NCBI GenBank assembly: GCA_965242965.1
Contig: OZ251518.1
Coordinates: forward strand, 3,136,001 to 3,200,000
Direction: 5' to 3'
Origin: Candidatus Poribacteria bacterium
GTDB lineage: Bacteria > Poribacteria > WGA-4E > WGA-3G
DNA: 64,000 bases
Shown here: piece by piece, positions 38,981 through 48,753 of the stretch
Layout: every line of letters starts with the position of its first letter
Numbering within the stretch: position 1 is the first letter of the stretch
Position numbers and translations under genes: made by a program
The notes under the pieces: model-generated
Seen by the model: only the letters and a program-made list of their open reading frames with translations
Told to the model about the DNA's origin: nothing
The model's database searches: none

Positions 38981-40201
38981 CTACGAGGTGCCTCCCAACT
39001 TGTCGCCCTTCTTCAACTTCGCGAAACTGGCACCGGCTTGGCTGAGCAGGTTCGTGTTGTAGGAATAGGTGCGGCTGTTTTTCTCCGCATGCACAGCAAA
39101 CGCCAGTTCAATGAGTTGCGAGACAAGCTGCGGAAATTCAACGCCATCGTGCTCCCACAAATAGAAACTGAACGAACCGGGGATGGTATTGATTTCGTTG
39201 ACATAGACGTTCTCATCGGCATCCATGAGGCAATCGATGCGTGCGACACCTGCGCAATCTAACACCTGAAACGTCCGCGTGGCGAGTTCTTGAATATGTA
39301 ACGTCAATTCTTCCGAGATGGGTGCAGGAATTTTCCGTTCCGCGCCGGCCATCGCCGAGGGCGCGTGCTGTCCTTCCGCCGATGAGGTTTCATGGATGTA
39401 TTTATCGTCAAACGTGAGGAACGCCGCGTCTGTCATCGGCTGCTCACAGACAGAAGCGGTTACCTCCCGCGCGCCCATGCCCATCACGGCGCAGTTGATT
39501 TCACAAGGCGTTTGCACTGCTTGTTCTACCAAAATGCGACGGCAGTATTGCGAGGCGACTTCCACTGCAATGGACAACTCCTCGCCATTTTTCACGTGAC
39601 TCACGCCGATGCTGGAACCGCTCATCGCAGGTTTCACGAAAACGGGGTAACCGAGCGTCGCCTCTACCTCTTCTAACATGCCGGGCTGGTGCTGCGTCCA
39701 CCACAGATACGGGACAATGGGAATCTGATTCTCGTTGAGAATCGCCTTCATCATAATCTTATCCATACCGACAGCGGAACCGATGACTCCCGAACCGACA
39801 TACGGCACGTTCATGAGTTCCAACACGCCTTGGAGTGTGCCGTCTTCGCCGTGGGTGCCGTGTATCGCCGGAAAGACGACATCCACCGGCAATACCGTTT
39901 TCTGCGGTGAGCGAAACCAACTGGTGCGTTTCGGTTCGATGACAAACGCGCCCCTGCCGCTGAATTCAACGGTGACAATGTCAAAATCGGCGGCTGTCGG
40001 CAAGTTTCCAGCCGTGAACGCGTCCAATTCGCGAAGTTTCTCACCGGTTAACCACACGCCGTCCTTCGTCACGTAAATCGGGATGACGTTATGGTGCTCC
40101 GCTAAAGCCACGCAGACTTGGTGTGCGGTGACGATGGAGACTTCGTGTTCCGGCGAACGTCCGCCAAAGATGAGGGCAACATTTTTCTTATCGGTTCTCA
40201 A
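38981..40201 (-). CDS. ddl: D-alanine--D-alanine ligase family protein
   Basis: FGGRSPEHEVS, HGTHGEDGTLQG, MDK, VKP..GSSIG, NEINTIPG. Confidence 0.9.
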   Translation of the reverse strand: MRTDKKNVALIFGGRSPEHEVSIVTAHQVCVALAEHHNVIPIYVTKDGVWLTGEKLRELDAFTAGNLPTAADFDIVTVEFSGRGAFVIEPKRTSWFRSPQKTVLPVDVVFPAIHGTHGEDGTLQGVLELMNVPYVGSGVIGSAVGMDKIMMKAILNENQIPIVPYLWWTQHQPGMLEEVEATLGYPVFVKPAMSGSSIGVSHVKNGEELSIAVEVASQYCRRILVEQAVQTPCEINCAVMGMGAREVTASVCEQPMTDAAFLTFDDKYIHETSSAEGQHAPSAMAGAERKIPAPISEELTLHIQELATRTFQVLDCAGVARIDCLMDADENVYVNEINTIPGSFSFYLWEHDGVEFPQLVSQLIELAFAVHAEKNSRTYSYNTNLLSQAGASFAKLKKGDKLGGTS

Positions 40202-40259
40202 AGCGTTTTCTCCTGTCCTGCAGAGCGATTTTGTTTTTCCCCCGCCGGCGCGGTATCTT

Positions 40260-40445
40260 CCCGTAGGCGATCCCTCGGGGCTCGATGCAGTCCCGCCTAT
40301 TGCATCGGGACAAGGATGTCCCTCCTACCGATGCATCGGGACAGGGATGTCCCTCCTACCGGTGTATCGGGACAGGGATGTCCCTCCTACCGGTGTATCG
40401 TGCCCAGATGTCTTCCCCGTAGGCGAGACCTCCTGGTCTCGATTG
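40260..40445. repeat. REP cluster (ATCGGGACA[A/G]GGATGTCCCTCCTAC x3 plus others)
   Basis: Tandem ~30-bp palindromic units ending CTAC; another copy at about 47585-47612. Confidence 0.8.
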
Positions 40446-40457
40446 TCCCTCTTACTG

Positions 40458-42089
40458 TCAAGGCGACACAGCAGACTCATCGTAGTTATCCGGAAGATCA
40501 TTCTCAAAAAGCACGACATCCCCTGGTTTCAAAAGTTTCCCCAAATAGTCCTTAACTTCAGCGAGGTTAGCGGCGATACGCACCTGTTCCTTTGGATAAT
40601 TTGCGGTTTTCAATCCATCGAGAATCGGCGCGGTTCGATTCGGTCCGACGAGAATAACCCTGTCGCAGACTTGCGCGGCACGTTCCCCGAAGCGTCGGTT
40701 CTCTTCATATTCCTGTTCGCCGAGTTCTACCATGCCGGGTGTCACCAGCACCTTCTTTCCGCCGTTTGGTGCGCGTCCGAAGTCGTCAAGGACTTCAAGA
40801 GCGGCTTTCGCGCCGACAGGATTAGCGTTGAAACTATCGTCAATAATCGTGACACCGCCCGCGCCCGCGCTGAGTTGCAAGCGATGCGGTACCGGTTCCA
40901 CCTTCGCAACGGCATCGCGAATTTCTTCGAGTTCCATGCCGCATGCCAATGCAACGCTCGTCGCCGCGAGGATGTTAGAAACGTTATGCCTGCCGAGCAG
41001 TTGCGTTCGTATCTCTATCTCACCGGTAGCCTGTAGCGCGTTGGAATGAACAGTAAATTCCAACCCCGCATCCGTATGCCGAATGTTTGACGCAGTTAAA
41101 TCGCTGTCGGCATCCACGGCGTATCGGATAACCTGTTTGTCATCGGTTTTATCGGCGAGCCCCGCGACGATGTCGTTATCGCAATTGAAGACAGCGAGTC
41201 CGTCGGCGGGGAGCGATTCAATCAACTCATATTTCGTCTTGGCGATAGTCTCGATGCTCTTAAACCGTTCCAAATGTTGCGGCCCGACAGCGGTGAGGAT
41301 ACCGATTTCCGGCGATGCGAGTTCACACAATTCGCGGATATCGCCGCGCCGATACGCGCCCATCTCAACGATAAAGACTTCGTGCGCCGCCGTTAAGTCG
41401 CCACGGATGACTTTGGTGACACCCATCGGCGTGTTGTAACTGTCGGGAGTCATCAGGGTGTTGAATTTTTGCGAGAGAATCTGATGTAAAATGTATTTAG
41501 TGCTAGTTTTGCCATAGCTGCCCGTAATCCCGATGACTTTAGGCATGAGCGTTTTTATCCGCTTTTTCGCCGAGCGGAGATACGCGCCGTTGATAGCGCG
41601 TTCTAATGGATAGATGAGCAGATTCGCCACGGTGAGCGTGATGACGGTTACCTCGCTGAAAAGGAATATGGCGACGCTCCAAGTAGTCGACGTAGTCGGC
41701 GCGCTTTGCAGTGCTAGCCCGACAGCGAGCCCGACGAGGAGAAAAACGGCGAGCCCGAACACCCGTTTGGCACGCGCAGTATAGACGAGCGGTTTCTTCG
41801 CTTCAACTTTCTTGCGCCAAATGAGCGTGGCGACTTGAAACGCGCTCCACGCAATGCACAGCACGGGAAACAGCCACGCGGCGGGATAGAGAATCGTGAG
41901 TAGCAAGAAAGCGGCGACGATTAACACCTCTTTTATCTCAAAGCAGTGGCTGAGATGCTGGCATATCCATCGCACATATCGCGTGGTTTTATAGCCATCA
42001 AGTTGCAGGATATGGAGTCCCCGTGTCGTCCGGAGAATTGCGCGCGCGAGACAGACAGCTAAGGTAACGTAGAAGAGATAAACAGTCAT
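40458..42089 (-). CDS. murF: MurF-type ligase with an N-terminal multi-TM extension
   Basis: KKPLVYTARAKR, GITGSYGKTSTK, YNTPMG, VEMGA, IIDDSFNANP, TPGMVELG, ENDLPD. Confidence 0.85.
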   Translation of the reverse strand: MTVYLFYVTLAVCLARAILRTTRGLHILQLDGYKTTRYVRWICQHLSHCFEIKEVLIVAAFLLLTILYPAAWLFPVLCIAWSAFQVATLIWRKKVEAKKPLVYTARAKRVFGLAVFLLVGLAVGLALQSAPTTSTTWSVAIFLFSEVTVITLTVANLLIYPLERAINGAYLRSAKKRIKTLMPKVIGITGSYGKTSTKYILHQILSQKFNTLMTPDSYNTPMGVTKVIRGDLTAAHEVFIVEMGAYRRGDIRELCELASPEIGILTAVGPQHLERFKSIETIAKTKYELIESLPADGLAVFNCDNDIVAGLADKTDDKQVIRYAVDADSDLTASNIRHTDAGLEFTVHSNALQATGEIEIRTQLLGRHNVSNILAATSVALACGMELEEIRDAVAKVEPVPHRLQLSAGAGGVTIIDDSFNANPVGAKAALEVLDDFGRAPNGGKKVLVTPGMVELGEQEYEENRRFGERAAQVCDRVILVGPNRTAPILDGLKTANYPKEQVRIAANLAEVKDYLGKLLKPGDVVLFENDLPDNYDESAVSP

Positions 42090-42913
42090 TGCGTTCCACC
42101 ATAGGCGCGGTTTGCAACCGCGCTTCCTTCACACGGCGAGCTCAGGCGAGCCCGCGCTACAGGCTGAATTTTCAGAAAACTGGCGACGATGCTGCGGAAC
42201 TGCGGGAACTTGTCAAGGTAAGAGAAGTGTCCCGCCTGTTCAAGAACGACAAGCCCGGCATCCGGTATCTCCTTCTCCATTATCTTCCCGTAGGCGACAG
42301 GCGTATCTTTGTCATCTGCACCCCAGATGAGCAATGCCGGTGCGGCAATGCGAGAGAGAAGCGGCCGAAGATCTTCGTTGACAACCTTGATGAGCGTTCC
42401 ACGCATCGCACCGGCATTCTGATAATCGCTAGAACCGACGCGTTGAGACAGCGCATTGGCGAGTCGCGTGCCATAAGTGCCACAGCGACGCAGCAGTTTA
42501 CCCACTTTCGCGAGGCTCACGCGGAAATGGTATTTTGCAGTTCGGCGCGGTTTAATGCCAGCACTATCGACAAGAATGAGCTTCGCGACTTTTTCCGGGT
42601 GTTCCGCGCCGAGAATAATAGAAATTCTCCCGCCAAACGAGTGCCCGATGAGGTGCGCTTTTCGGATACCGAGTGCCTCAAAAAACGCCGTGACGCACCG
42701 CGCGTAATCAGCGGTGCCCCACGCAGTCGGGGGTGCTTCGCTCGCGCCGAATCCCGGAAGATCCAACGCGTAGACCAGGTGTGACTGTGAGAGCCACTCG
42801 AAGACAGGCTTGAAACTATCGGCTTCACCGCCCCATCCGTGCAGGAGGACGACAACATCGCCTTCTCCCGCGGCTTGATATGCAACGTTAAGATTGTTAA
42901 TTTTTACAAACAT
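42086..42913 (-). CDS. Alpha/beta hydrolase
   Basis: LHGWG, DLPGFG, GHSFGG nucleophile elbow, WGADD, GHF. Confidence 0.9.
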   Translation of the reverse strand: MFVKINNLNVAYQAAGEGDVVVLLHGWGGEADSFKPVFEWLSQSHLVYALDLPGFGASEAPPTAWGTADYARCVTAFFEALGIRKAHLIGHSFGGRISIILGAEHPEKVAKLILVDSAGIKPRRTAKYHFRVSLAKVGKLLRRCGTYGTRLANALSQRVGSSDYQNAGAMRGTLIKVVNEDLRPLLSRIAAPALLIWGADDKDTPVAYGKIMEKEIPDAGLVVLEQAGHFSYLDKFPQFRSIVASFLKIQPVARARLSSPCEGSAVANRAYGGTQ

Positions 42914-44366
42914 GCGCTATCGCCTCAGCCGCCACTTTCCTATCGTCAAACGGGAATCGTTGTCCGTGAATTTCTTGATAATCCTCGTGTCCTTTGCCGG
43001 CGATGACGACGACATCGCCCGGTTTCGCCGTTGCAATGGCATGCAGGATTGCCTCACGTCTCTGCAAAATAGACACATAGTGGGTATCATGTGGTAAATT
43101 TGACACAATCTGCGCGATAATTTCGGCGGGTTCTTCCGTGCGCGGATTATCGGAAGTGATGACGCTGTAATCCGCGAGTTCCGCTGAAATCTGTCCCATT
43201 TTTGGACGTTTGCCAGCATCCCTGTCACCGCCGCAACCGAAAACAGAAATGAGCGAGCGGTGGGTAATGTCCCGCGCCGCACGCAACACATTTTCCAATC
43301 CATCGGGGGTATGCGCGTAATCGACAATAACGGCGAACTCTTGTCCCTTATCCACCAGTTCAAACCTCCCCGGCACAACGGTAGCGGAAAGTCCTTCCTG
43401 AATTGCCGTGAGTGGACAGCCGTAGCGAACCGCCACGCCTATCGCGGCGAGTGCGTTGTAGAGGTTATATTCGCCGAGCAACTGCAACTGCGCAGGCATC
43501 TCGCCGTGCGGCGTAACCGCCGTGAACGCCACGCGGCTCAGCGACAATTCAACATCCTTGCAACGTAAATCCGCGTCGTTCTGAAGCGCGTAAGTCCAGA
43601 CTCGGCGTTTCCCGACAACCTCCGTAATCTGTGCTGAGGCAGGCGCATCGCCGTTCAGTATCGCAACTCCATCCTCGGAAAGTTGCGCAAAGAGCATTAA
43701 TTTCGCCGCGAGATACGCGCCCATGGAGCCGTGGTAGTCAAGATGGTCTTGCGTAAAATTCGTAAACACAGCGGTATCAAATGTGAGTCCCGCCAACCGA
43801 TGCTGCGCGAGCCCCTGCGAGGAAGTTTCCATCACAACATATTCCACACCCGCCTCCACAAACTGCTTGAAAAGCGCGTGCAACTCAAACGCATCAGGCG
43901 TTGTCAGCGCAGTCGGCACAAACACGTCACCGTAATGGTGTCCCACCGTGCCGAGGAGAGCCGCCTTTTTCCCGCTCGCCGTGAGGACGGCGTGGATGAG
44001 ATGCGTCGTAGAAGTCTTCCCATTCGTCCCAGTAATCCCGATGAGTTTCAAACGTTCCGCCGGGTTACCGTGCCAATTCGCCGATAACAGCGAGAGCGCG
44101 TGCCGGCCGTTCGGCACTTGCAGATATGTGATACCCTCGGCTAATTCTACGTCATCGGCAGGTTTCTCGCCGATAACAACGTTCGCGCCGCTCGCAACCG
44201 CCGCGGGAATGAACCCGTGTCCGTCAACGGCTAGTCCCTCATAACAGACGAAAGCGTTCCCCGGTGCGACGTTCCGGCTGTCACTGACGATACCGGTTAT
44301 CTCACGCGCGCGCGAGTTGAGTGAAGCAAGAATCTCTAGTCCGTGAAGCAGGGTGCTGAGTTGCAT
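42897..44366 (-). CDS. murE: UDP-MurNAc-dipeptide--diaminopimelate ligase
   Basis: GITGTNGKTST, TQDHLDYH, DYAHTPD, DNPR (meso-DAP-type specificity), AGKGHE. Confidence 0.96.
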   Translation of the reverse strand: MQLSTLLHGLEILASLNSRAREITGIVSDSRNVAPGNAFVCYEGLAVDGHGFIPAAVASGANVVIGEKPADDVELAEGITYLQVPNGRHALSLLSANWHGNPAERLKLIGITGTNGKTSTTHLIHAVLTASGKKAALLGTVGHHYGDVFVPTALTTPDAFELHALFKQFVEAGVEYVVMETSSQGLAQHRLAGLTFDTAVFTNFTQDHLDYHGSMGAYLAAKLMLFAQLSEDGVAILNGDAPASAQITEVVGKRRVWTYALQNDADLRCKDVELSLSRVAFTAVTPHGEMPAQLQLLGEYNLYNALAAIGVAVRYGCPLTAIQEGLSATVVPGRFELVDKGQEFAVIVDYAHTPDGLENVLRAARDITHRSLISVFGCGGDRDAGKRPKMGQISAELADYSVITSDNPRTEEPAEIIAQIVSNLPHDTHYVSILQRREAILHAIATAKPGDVVVIAGKGHEDYQEIHGQRFPFDDRKVAAEAIAHVCKN

Positions 44367-44380
44367 GCTGGCATCTCCGA

Positions 44381-46147
44381 TTATTCTGTGATAATAGGCG
44401 CGGATGCCTTGTGTGCAGGCGGCGTTCCAAAAAATTCTGTCTGTTTGAAGTATTGCATCGTCTGCGTGGCAACTGCCTTGAAAAGCGGGCCGGCAATCTG
44501 GCCGCTGAAACGCGCCCCTGTCGGTTCATCAAGCATGACAATGATGGAGACTTGCGGGTTGTCGGCGGGAAGGAAGCCCATGAAAGACATCGTCTCCTTG
44601 CCGCTTGCGTAACCTACGCCTTTCTCCGCTTTTTGCGCCGTGCCGGTTTTGCCAGCGACGCGATAGCCTTCCACTTGCGCGCGTCTGCCACTGCCGCTTT
44701 CCACCACACCGACGAGGAGTTCTGTCATCTGTCTCGCAACTTCTGGTTTCAGCACACGGCGCACCGGAATTGGGTATACCTGCTTGATAACCTTCCCGGT
44801 GTTATCCCGAATTTCACGGGTGATATAGGGACGCAGCAGCTCGCCGCCGTTCGCGATAACGTTCAGCGCGCTCACCATCTGCAGCGGTGTAACGAGGATG
44901 CCTTGTCCAAACGGCACAGCGGCGAGGGCGTTCGGATTCCAATTTTTCACGGTGTAAAGACTGCCGCTGTGTTCATACGGAAGATCGATGCCGGTTTTCC
45001 TACCAAATCCATATTTTTCGATGTAGGTGCTGAATTGCTGATGTCCGAGTGCCTTCACAATCTTAATCATGCCGATGTTGCTAGATTTGTGGAGGACTTC
45101 CTCCAGCGTCAGCCAGCCTTTCGGCGAGACATCTTTGACAACCCTCGCGCGGTTTACACGGAACCTGCCGTGTTCGCAAAAAATCTGTGTTTCTCGCGTC
45201 ATGATGCCTTCGTTCAGTGCGGCGGAAGAGGCGACAATTTTGAAAACCGAGCCGGGTTCATACGCGTGCCATACGCCGAGGTTCCGTTTCGCCGCCTCGC
45301 TGGCATCGCCGTAAGCGTTCAAATCATACGTCGGATAACTGGCGAGTGCGAGTATCTCCGCGGTTTGCGATGCCAAGACGATGACGGTGCCCCGCGGCGC
45401 GTTCCACTGCTCGCACGCCTTCTCAAGTTCATTCTCGGCGACGTATTGAACGTATTCGTCAATCGTCAGCACGATGCTGTGCCCGTAATCGGCTGCGGCG
45501 TTTCCGAGCAGGCGACGCACCGGTTCGTTCGCATCGGTGCCTTGTGCGATGCGCGCGCGGCGTTCGCGATGCGCCGCTCGCGTGAGATACGTGTTATATT
45601 GGTATTCAATCCCCTCGCCGCTATTTTCGGTGTTGACATTCCCGATAACCTGCGCGGCAAGCGAGCCCTTTGGATAGGAACGGCTCTGCTCAACGGTGTA
45701 TTTTAACCCGCGATATTTTTTCTGGAGCGCGCGAATCTCATCGAGTGCTTCATAATCGACACCCCTTTTCAGGGAGACAAACCGCCTGTTTTTGCGGGCG
45801 AGTTTCGCTTGCAGTTCGGATTCAGAAGCGTCCAAGATAGGCGCGAGTGCCTGCGCTACCTCCGCCGGTTTCGCTCGCATGTATCTCGGGTCGGCGGCGA
45901 TATGGAGGCGGTGCCGACTCAAGCCGAGGATGGTGCCGTGCCTGTCCAAAATTTTTCCGCGTTTAACATTCGTTGCGCGGCGGGAGAGCTTTGTGTAGTC
46001 ATCGGCATCCCCACCGGCGGTGCCGTCAACAACCTGCAACACATACAATTTACCGAGCAGCACAGCGAAACCTAACTGTAGCACGATAAGCACGAAAACC
46101 AGGCGGCGAATAGATAAATGGGTGTTATTTTTCGGGCTATTTCGCAT
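44381..46147 (-). CDS. ftsI: Class B penicillin-binding protein (FtsI/PBP3)
   Basis: RGKILDRHG, EPGSVFK (SxxK), SSN, KTGTAQK. Confidence 0.92.
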   Translation of the reverse strand: MRNSPKNNTHLSIRRLVFVLIVLQLGFAVLLGKLYVLQVVDGTAGGDADDYTKLSRRATNVKRGKILDRHGTILGLSRHRLHIAADPRYMRAKPAEVAQALAPILDASESELQAKLARKNRRFVSLKRGVDYEALDEIRALQKKYRGLKYTVEQSRSYPKGSLAAQVIGNVNTENSGEGIEYQYNTYLTRAAHRERRARIAQGTDANEPVRRLLGNAAADYGHSIVLTIDEYVQYVAENELEKACEQWNAPRGTVIVLASQTAEILALASYPTYDLNAYGDASEAAKRNLGVWHAYEPGSVFKIVASSAALNEGIMTRETQIFCEHGRFRVNRARVVKDVSPKGWLTLEEVLHKSSNIGMIKIVKALGHQQFSTYIEKYGFGRKTGIDLPYEHSGSLYTVKNWNPNALAAVPFGQGILVTPLQMVSALNVIANGGELLRPYITREIRDNTGKVIKQVYPIPVRRVLKPEVARQMTELLVGVVESGSGRRAQVEGYRVAGKTGTAQKAEKGVGYASGKETMSFMGFLPADNPQVSIIVMLDEPTGARFSGQIAGPLFKAVATQTMQYFKQTEFFGTPPAHKASAPIITE

Positions 46148-46472
46148 GATGTTTTTCCTTGAGGACTCGCGCCGCTTCCGTCGGTTCTACCATGCCGAGT
46201 TCGTCTGCGATGCGTCGGATACGTGCGATGGAGGTTAACGTCGCCTCTTCCAATTCCAGTTGATGGATTTCATCTTGGATGAGGGTTTTCTGCGTTTCGT
46301 AGACAGGCTTCCGTTGCAGTGCCACTTTCTTTGCGTAAGATGAGAACCAGACGCTGCCGGCAAAGATGCAGAAACAGAGCCCCAGCACGACATAGACGAA
46401 CGGAAACTGCCTTTTCGGCTTAGGTTCCTCTGCCCCCGTGCTGCGCGTTGAAAAGTGGTGTGAATTCTGCAT
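46137..46472 (-). CDS. ftsL: FtsL-like protein
   Basis: One TM plus coiled coil, RIRRIADELGM; between rsmH and ftsI. Confidence 0.7.
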   Translation of the reverse strand: MQNSHHFSTRSTGAEEPKPKRQFPFVYVVLGLCFCIFAGSVWFSSYAKKVALQRKPVYETQKTLIQDEIHQLELEEATLTSIARIRRIADELGMVEPTEAARVLKEKHHAK

Positions 46473-46514
46473 GCCGTGTCTTCCTCCTTTAAAGTGTAAA
46501 CGTTGAAATCGCGT

Positions 46515-47465
46515 TTAAGATACAGGGTTTTTCATTATTTTGCGCGCGGCGCGTAATTTGGCACTACGCGCGCGTGGATTGCGCCGCACCTCATCCGCCG
46601 AGGGTTGCACCGGCTTTTTCGTTAAAATCTGCAGCGAGGGACGATGCTCACAAATACAGACAGGCGTTTTCGGCTGACAGATACACGCGCGCGCTTCTCT
46701 CTGAAAGCACTGCTTGACAATCCTATCCTCAAGCGAATGGAACGTTATTACACAGAGGCGGCCGCCCGGTTTCAGCAGCGATATCGCCGCATCCAATCCG
46801 GTGGCGAGGTTCTCCAATTCGGCGTTGACGTAAATGCGCAACGCCTGAAACACGCGCGTCGCTGGGTGGATACGGACGGCTCGCTGTGATGGAACTGCCG
46901 TTGCCACAATCTCCGCAAGCTGCGCCGTTGTGGTTATCTTCCGTTGCTGCCTTGCCTGCACGATGCGATGCGCGATGCGCCGCGCGAACCGTTCCTCGCC
47001 ATACCGCCTAAAAATGTCCGTGAGTTCTTCAGCGGTGCTTTCGTTAACGACTTGCATCGCCGTGAGTGACTGACGCACGTCCATCCGCATATCCAACGGT
47101 GCCGGGTGGCGAAAACTAAACCCTCTCTCCGGCGTATCCAATTGAAATGAGGACACGCCTAAATCGAGCAGTATCCCATCTACGGCATCAACGGCGTGAT
47201 GCGCGAGCAACGCCGCCAGTTGGGCGAAGTTACCGTGGATTAAGCAGTGCCGTTCAGGAAAGGCGTTGAGTTTCGCTTGCGCAATGACGAGTGCCGCCGC
47301 GTCTGCATCAATGCCGAGGACGCGCCCGTTCGGCGCGGCGTTCTCTAATATCGCGAGGCTATGTCCCCCCAATCCCACCGTGGCATCGACATAAACGCCG
47401 TCGGATTTCGGTTTGAGGAATTCAAGCACCTCGTCGCGTAAAACTGGGATGTGCTGCGTCTCCAT
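46515..47465 (-). CDS. rsmH: 16S rRNA m4C1402 methyltransferase
   Basis: HIPVL, DATVGLGGHS, DLGVSSFQLD..RGFSF, HPATRVFQALRI, FHSLEDRIVK, NPRARSAKLR. Confidence 0.97.
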   Translation of the reverse strand: METQHIPVLRDEVLEFLKPKSDGVYVDATVGLGGHSLAILENAAPNGRVLGIDADAAALVIAQAKLNAFPERHCLIHGNFAQLAALLAHHAVDAVDGILLDLGVSSFQLDTPERGFSFRHPAPLDMRMDVRQSLTAMQVVNESTAEELTDIFRRYGEERFARRIAHRIVQARQQRKITTTAQLAEIVATAVPSQRAVRIHPATRVFQALRIYVNAELENLATGLDAAISLLKPGGRLCVITFHSLEDRIVKQCFQREARACICQPKTPVCICEHRPSLQILTKKPVQPSADEVRRNPRARSAKLRAARKIMKNPVS

Positions 47466-47647
47466 AGTGAATTGATAGCAAGAATCGTGCCAATTTACGT
47501 GAGGGTGTTTCATATCTCGATGGCTTCCCGGTAGGCGAGACCTCCCGGTCTGGATTGCTGCTGCCTTGTCCTAATGTGGTGCGTATCGGGACAAGGATGT
47601 CCCTCCTACCGGAGAAACGGAATTGTTCGGGGGCGGGTCACGAAAAT

Positions 47648-48616
47648 TTACGCGCTATCTATCTGATTGCGATAAATGGCTTGCACCAGTTCCATCGTTT
47701 TGATTGCATCGGCGAAACAGGTGAGCGGCTGCCTATCCTGCCGAATGCAATCGACAAAGTGGCGGCTTTCGCCGTAAAAACCGTATGCTTTGTGCATCGC
47801 GGCAGAACCGGCGGCTTCCTCCGGTGTTATTTCAGTGATGCCTTCGCGGGTGTGAAGCGTTGCGCGGCCTCCTGCATCGGGATTAATATAGGCGGAAATC
47901 CCGCGCGCGTGCATCTCAAAAGTGTGGATGCGGCCGCCGACTGCCCAATTGGTGCAGAGATACCCGGATGCGCCGCTCGTGAACTTGACAATCGCGTTGA
48001 AACTGTTCTCGCGTTCCGAATCGAAGCGATTAATGTCGCTCGCGACAGCTTTCACCTCACCGCCGCCGAGCCAGCGGAGCGCGTCCACTGCATGGATGGC
48101 ATCGCACGTCAGCACGTCGATGATGCCATCGTAGTAAAGCGCGCTGGGACTGTTTTTGTGGAAGGTGGCCATGCACTGAATAACCTGTCCGTGCGCCTCC
48201 ACTTTCGCCTTCACTTGTTGCAGAAGCGGGATAAAACGGCGGTTGAACCCTACCATCGTTTTGCAGCCGTGCTTTTCGGCAGCGCGCGCCATCTCCTGCG
48301 TTTGATGGAGCGTTACGCCGGGCGGTTTCTCAATAAAAACATGGTGTCCTTGCGAGAGGCTATGGATAACGAGCGGAAACAGGTGTTGCGGCGGCATTAA
48401 AATATAGACAGCGTCCGGGCTCGTTTTCTCTAGCATCTCCCGATAGTCGGTGAAGGTTTGCGGTATCTCAAAGCGTTCCGCGGTGGCGTGCAGTTTTGAT
48501 GGCACCACATCGCACAAACCGACGAGGTTCACATCGTCACATTCGGCGAGGGACGGGTAGTGGACGCTATTCGCCATCCCTCCCGCGCCGATTAAAGCGA
48601 TATTGACAGATTTCAT
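47648..48616 (-). CDS. Gfo/Idh/MocA family oxidoreductase
   Basis: IGAGGMA, HVFIEKPP, VGFNRRF, HAVD. Confidence 0.9.
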   Translation of the reverse strand: MKSVNIALIGAGGMANSVHYPSLAECDDVNLVGLCDVVPSKLHATAERFEIPQTFTDYREMLEKTSPDAVYILMPPQHLFPLVIHSLSQGHHVFIEKPPGVTLHQTQEMARAAEKHGCKTMVGFNRRFIPLLQQVKAKVEAHGQVIQCMATFHKNSPSALYYDGIIDVLTCDAIHAVDALRWLGGGEVKAVASDINRFDSERENSFNAIVKFTSGASGYLCTNWAVGGRIHTFEMHARGISAYINPDAGGRATLHTREGITEITPEEAAGSAAMHKAYGFYGESRHFVDCIRQDRQPLTCFADAIKTMELVQAIYRNQIDSA

Positions 48617-48753
48617 GATTTTTCTCCAAACATCATTTTTTCTTGCATTTTATGTGATAATGTGTTACAATGCAAATATAGATGATAAAATGGCGGTGTC
48701 ACTTCTGAAAAAGCGGAGTGGCATATTGCCACGACAGGAGGTATTCTTATTTT

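Noticed and set aside
38981-40201. Van-type D-Ala-D-Lac ligase / resistance locus
   Set aside because: There are no vanH/vanX/regulator neighbours, the gene lies in the dcw cluster, and the omega-loop region reads DDKY as in dipeptide ligases.
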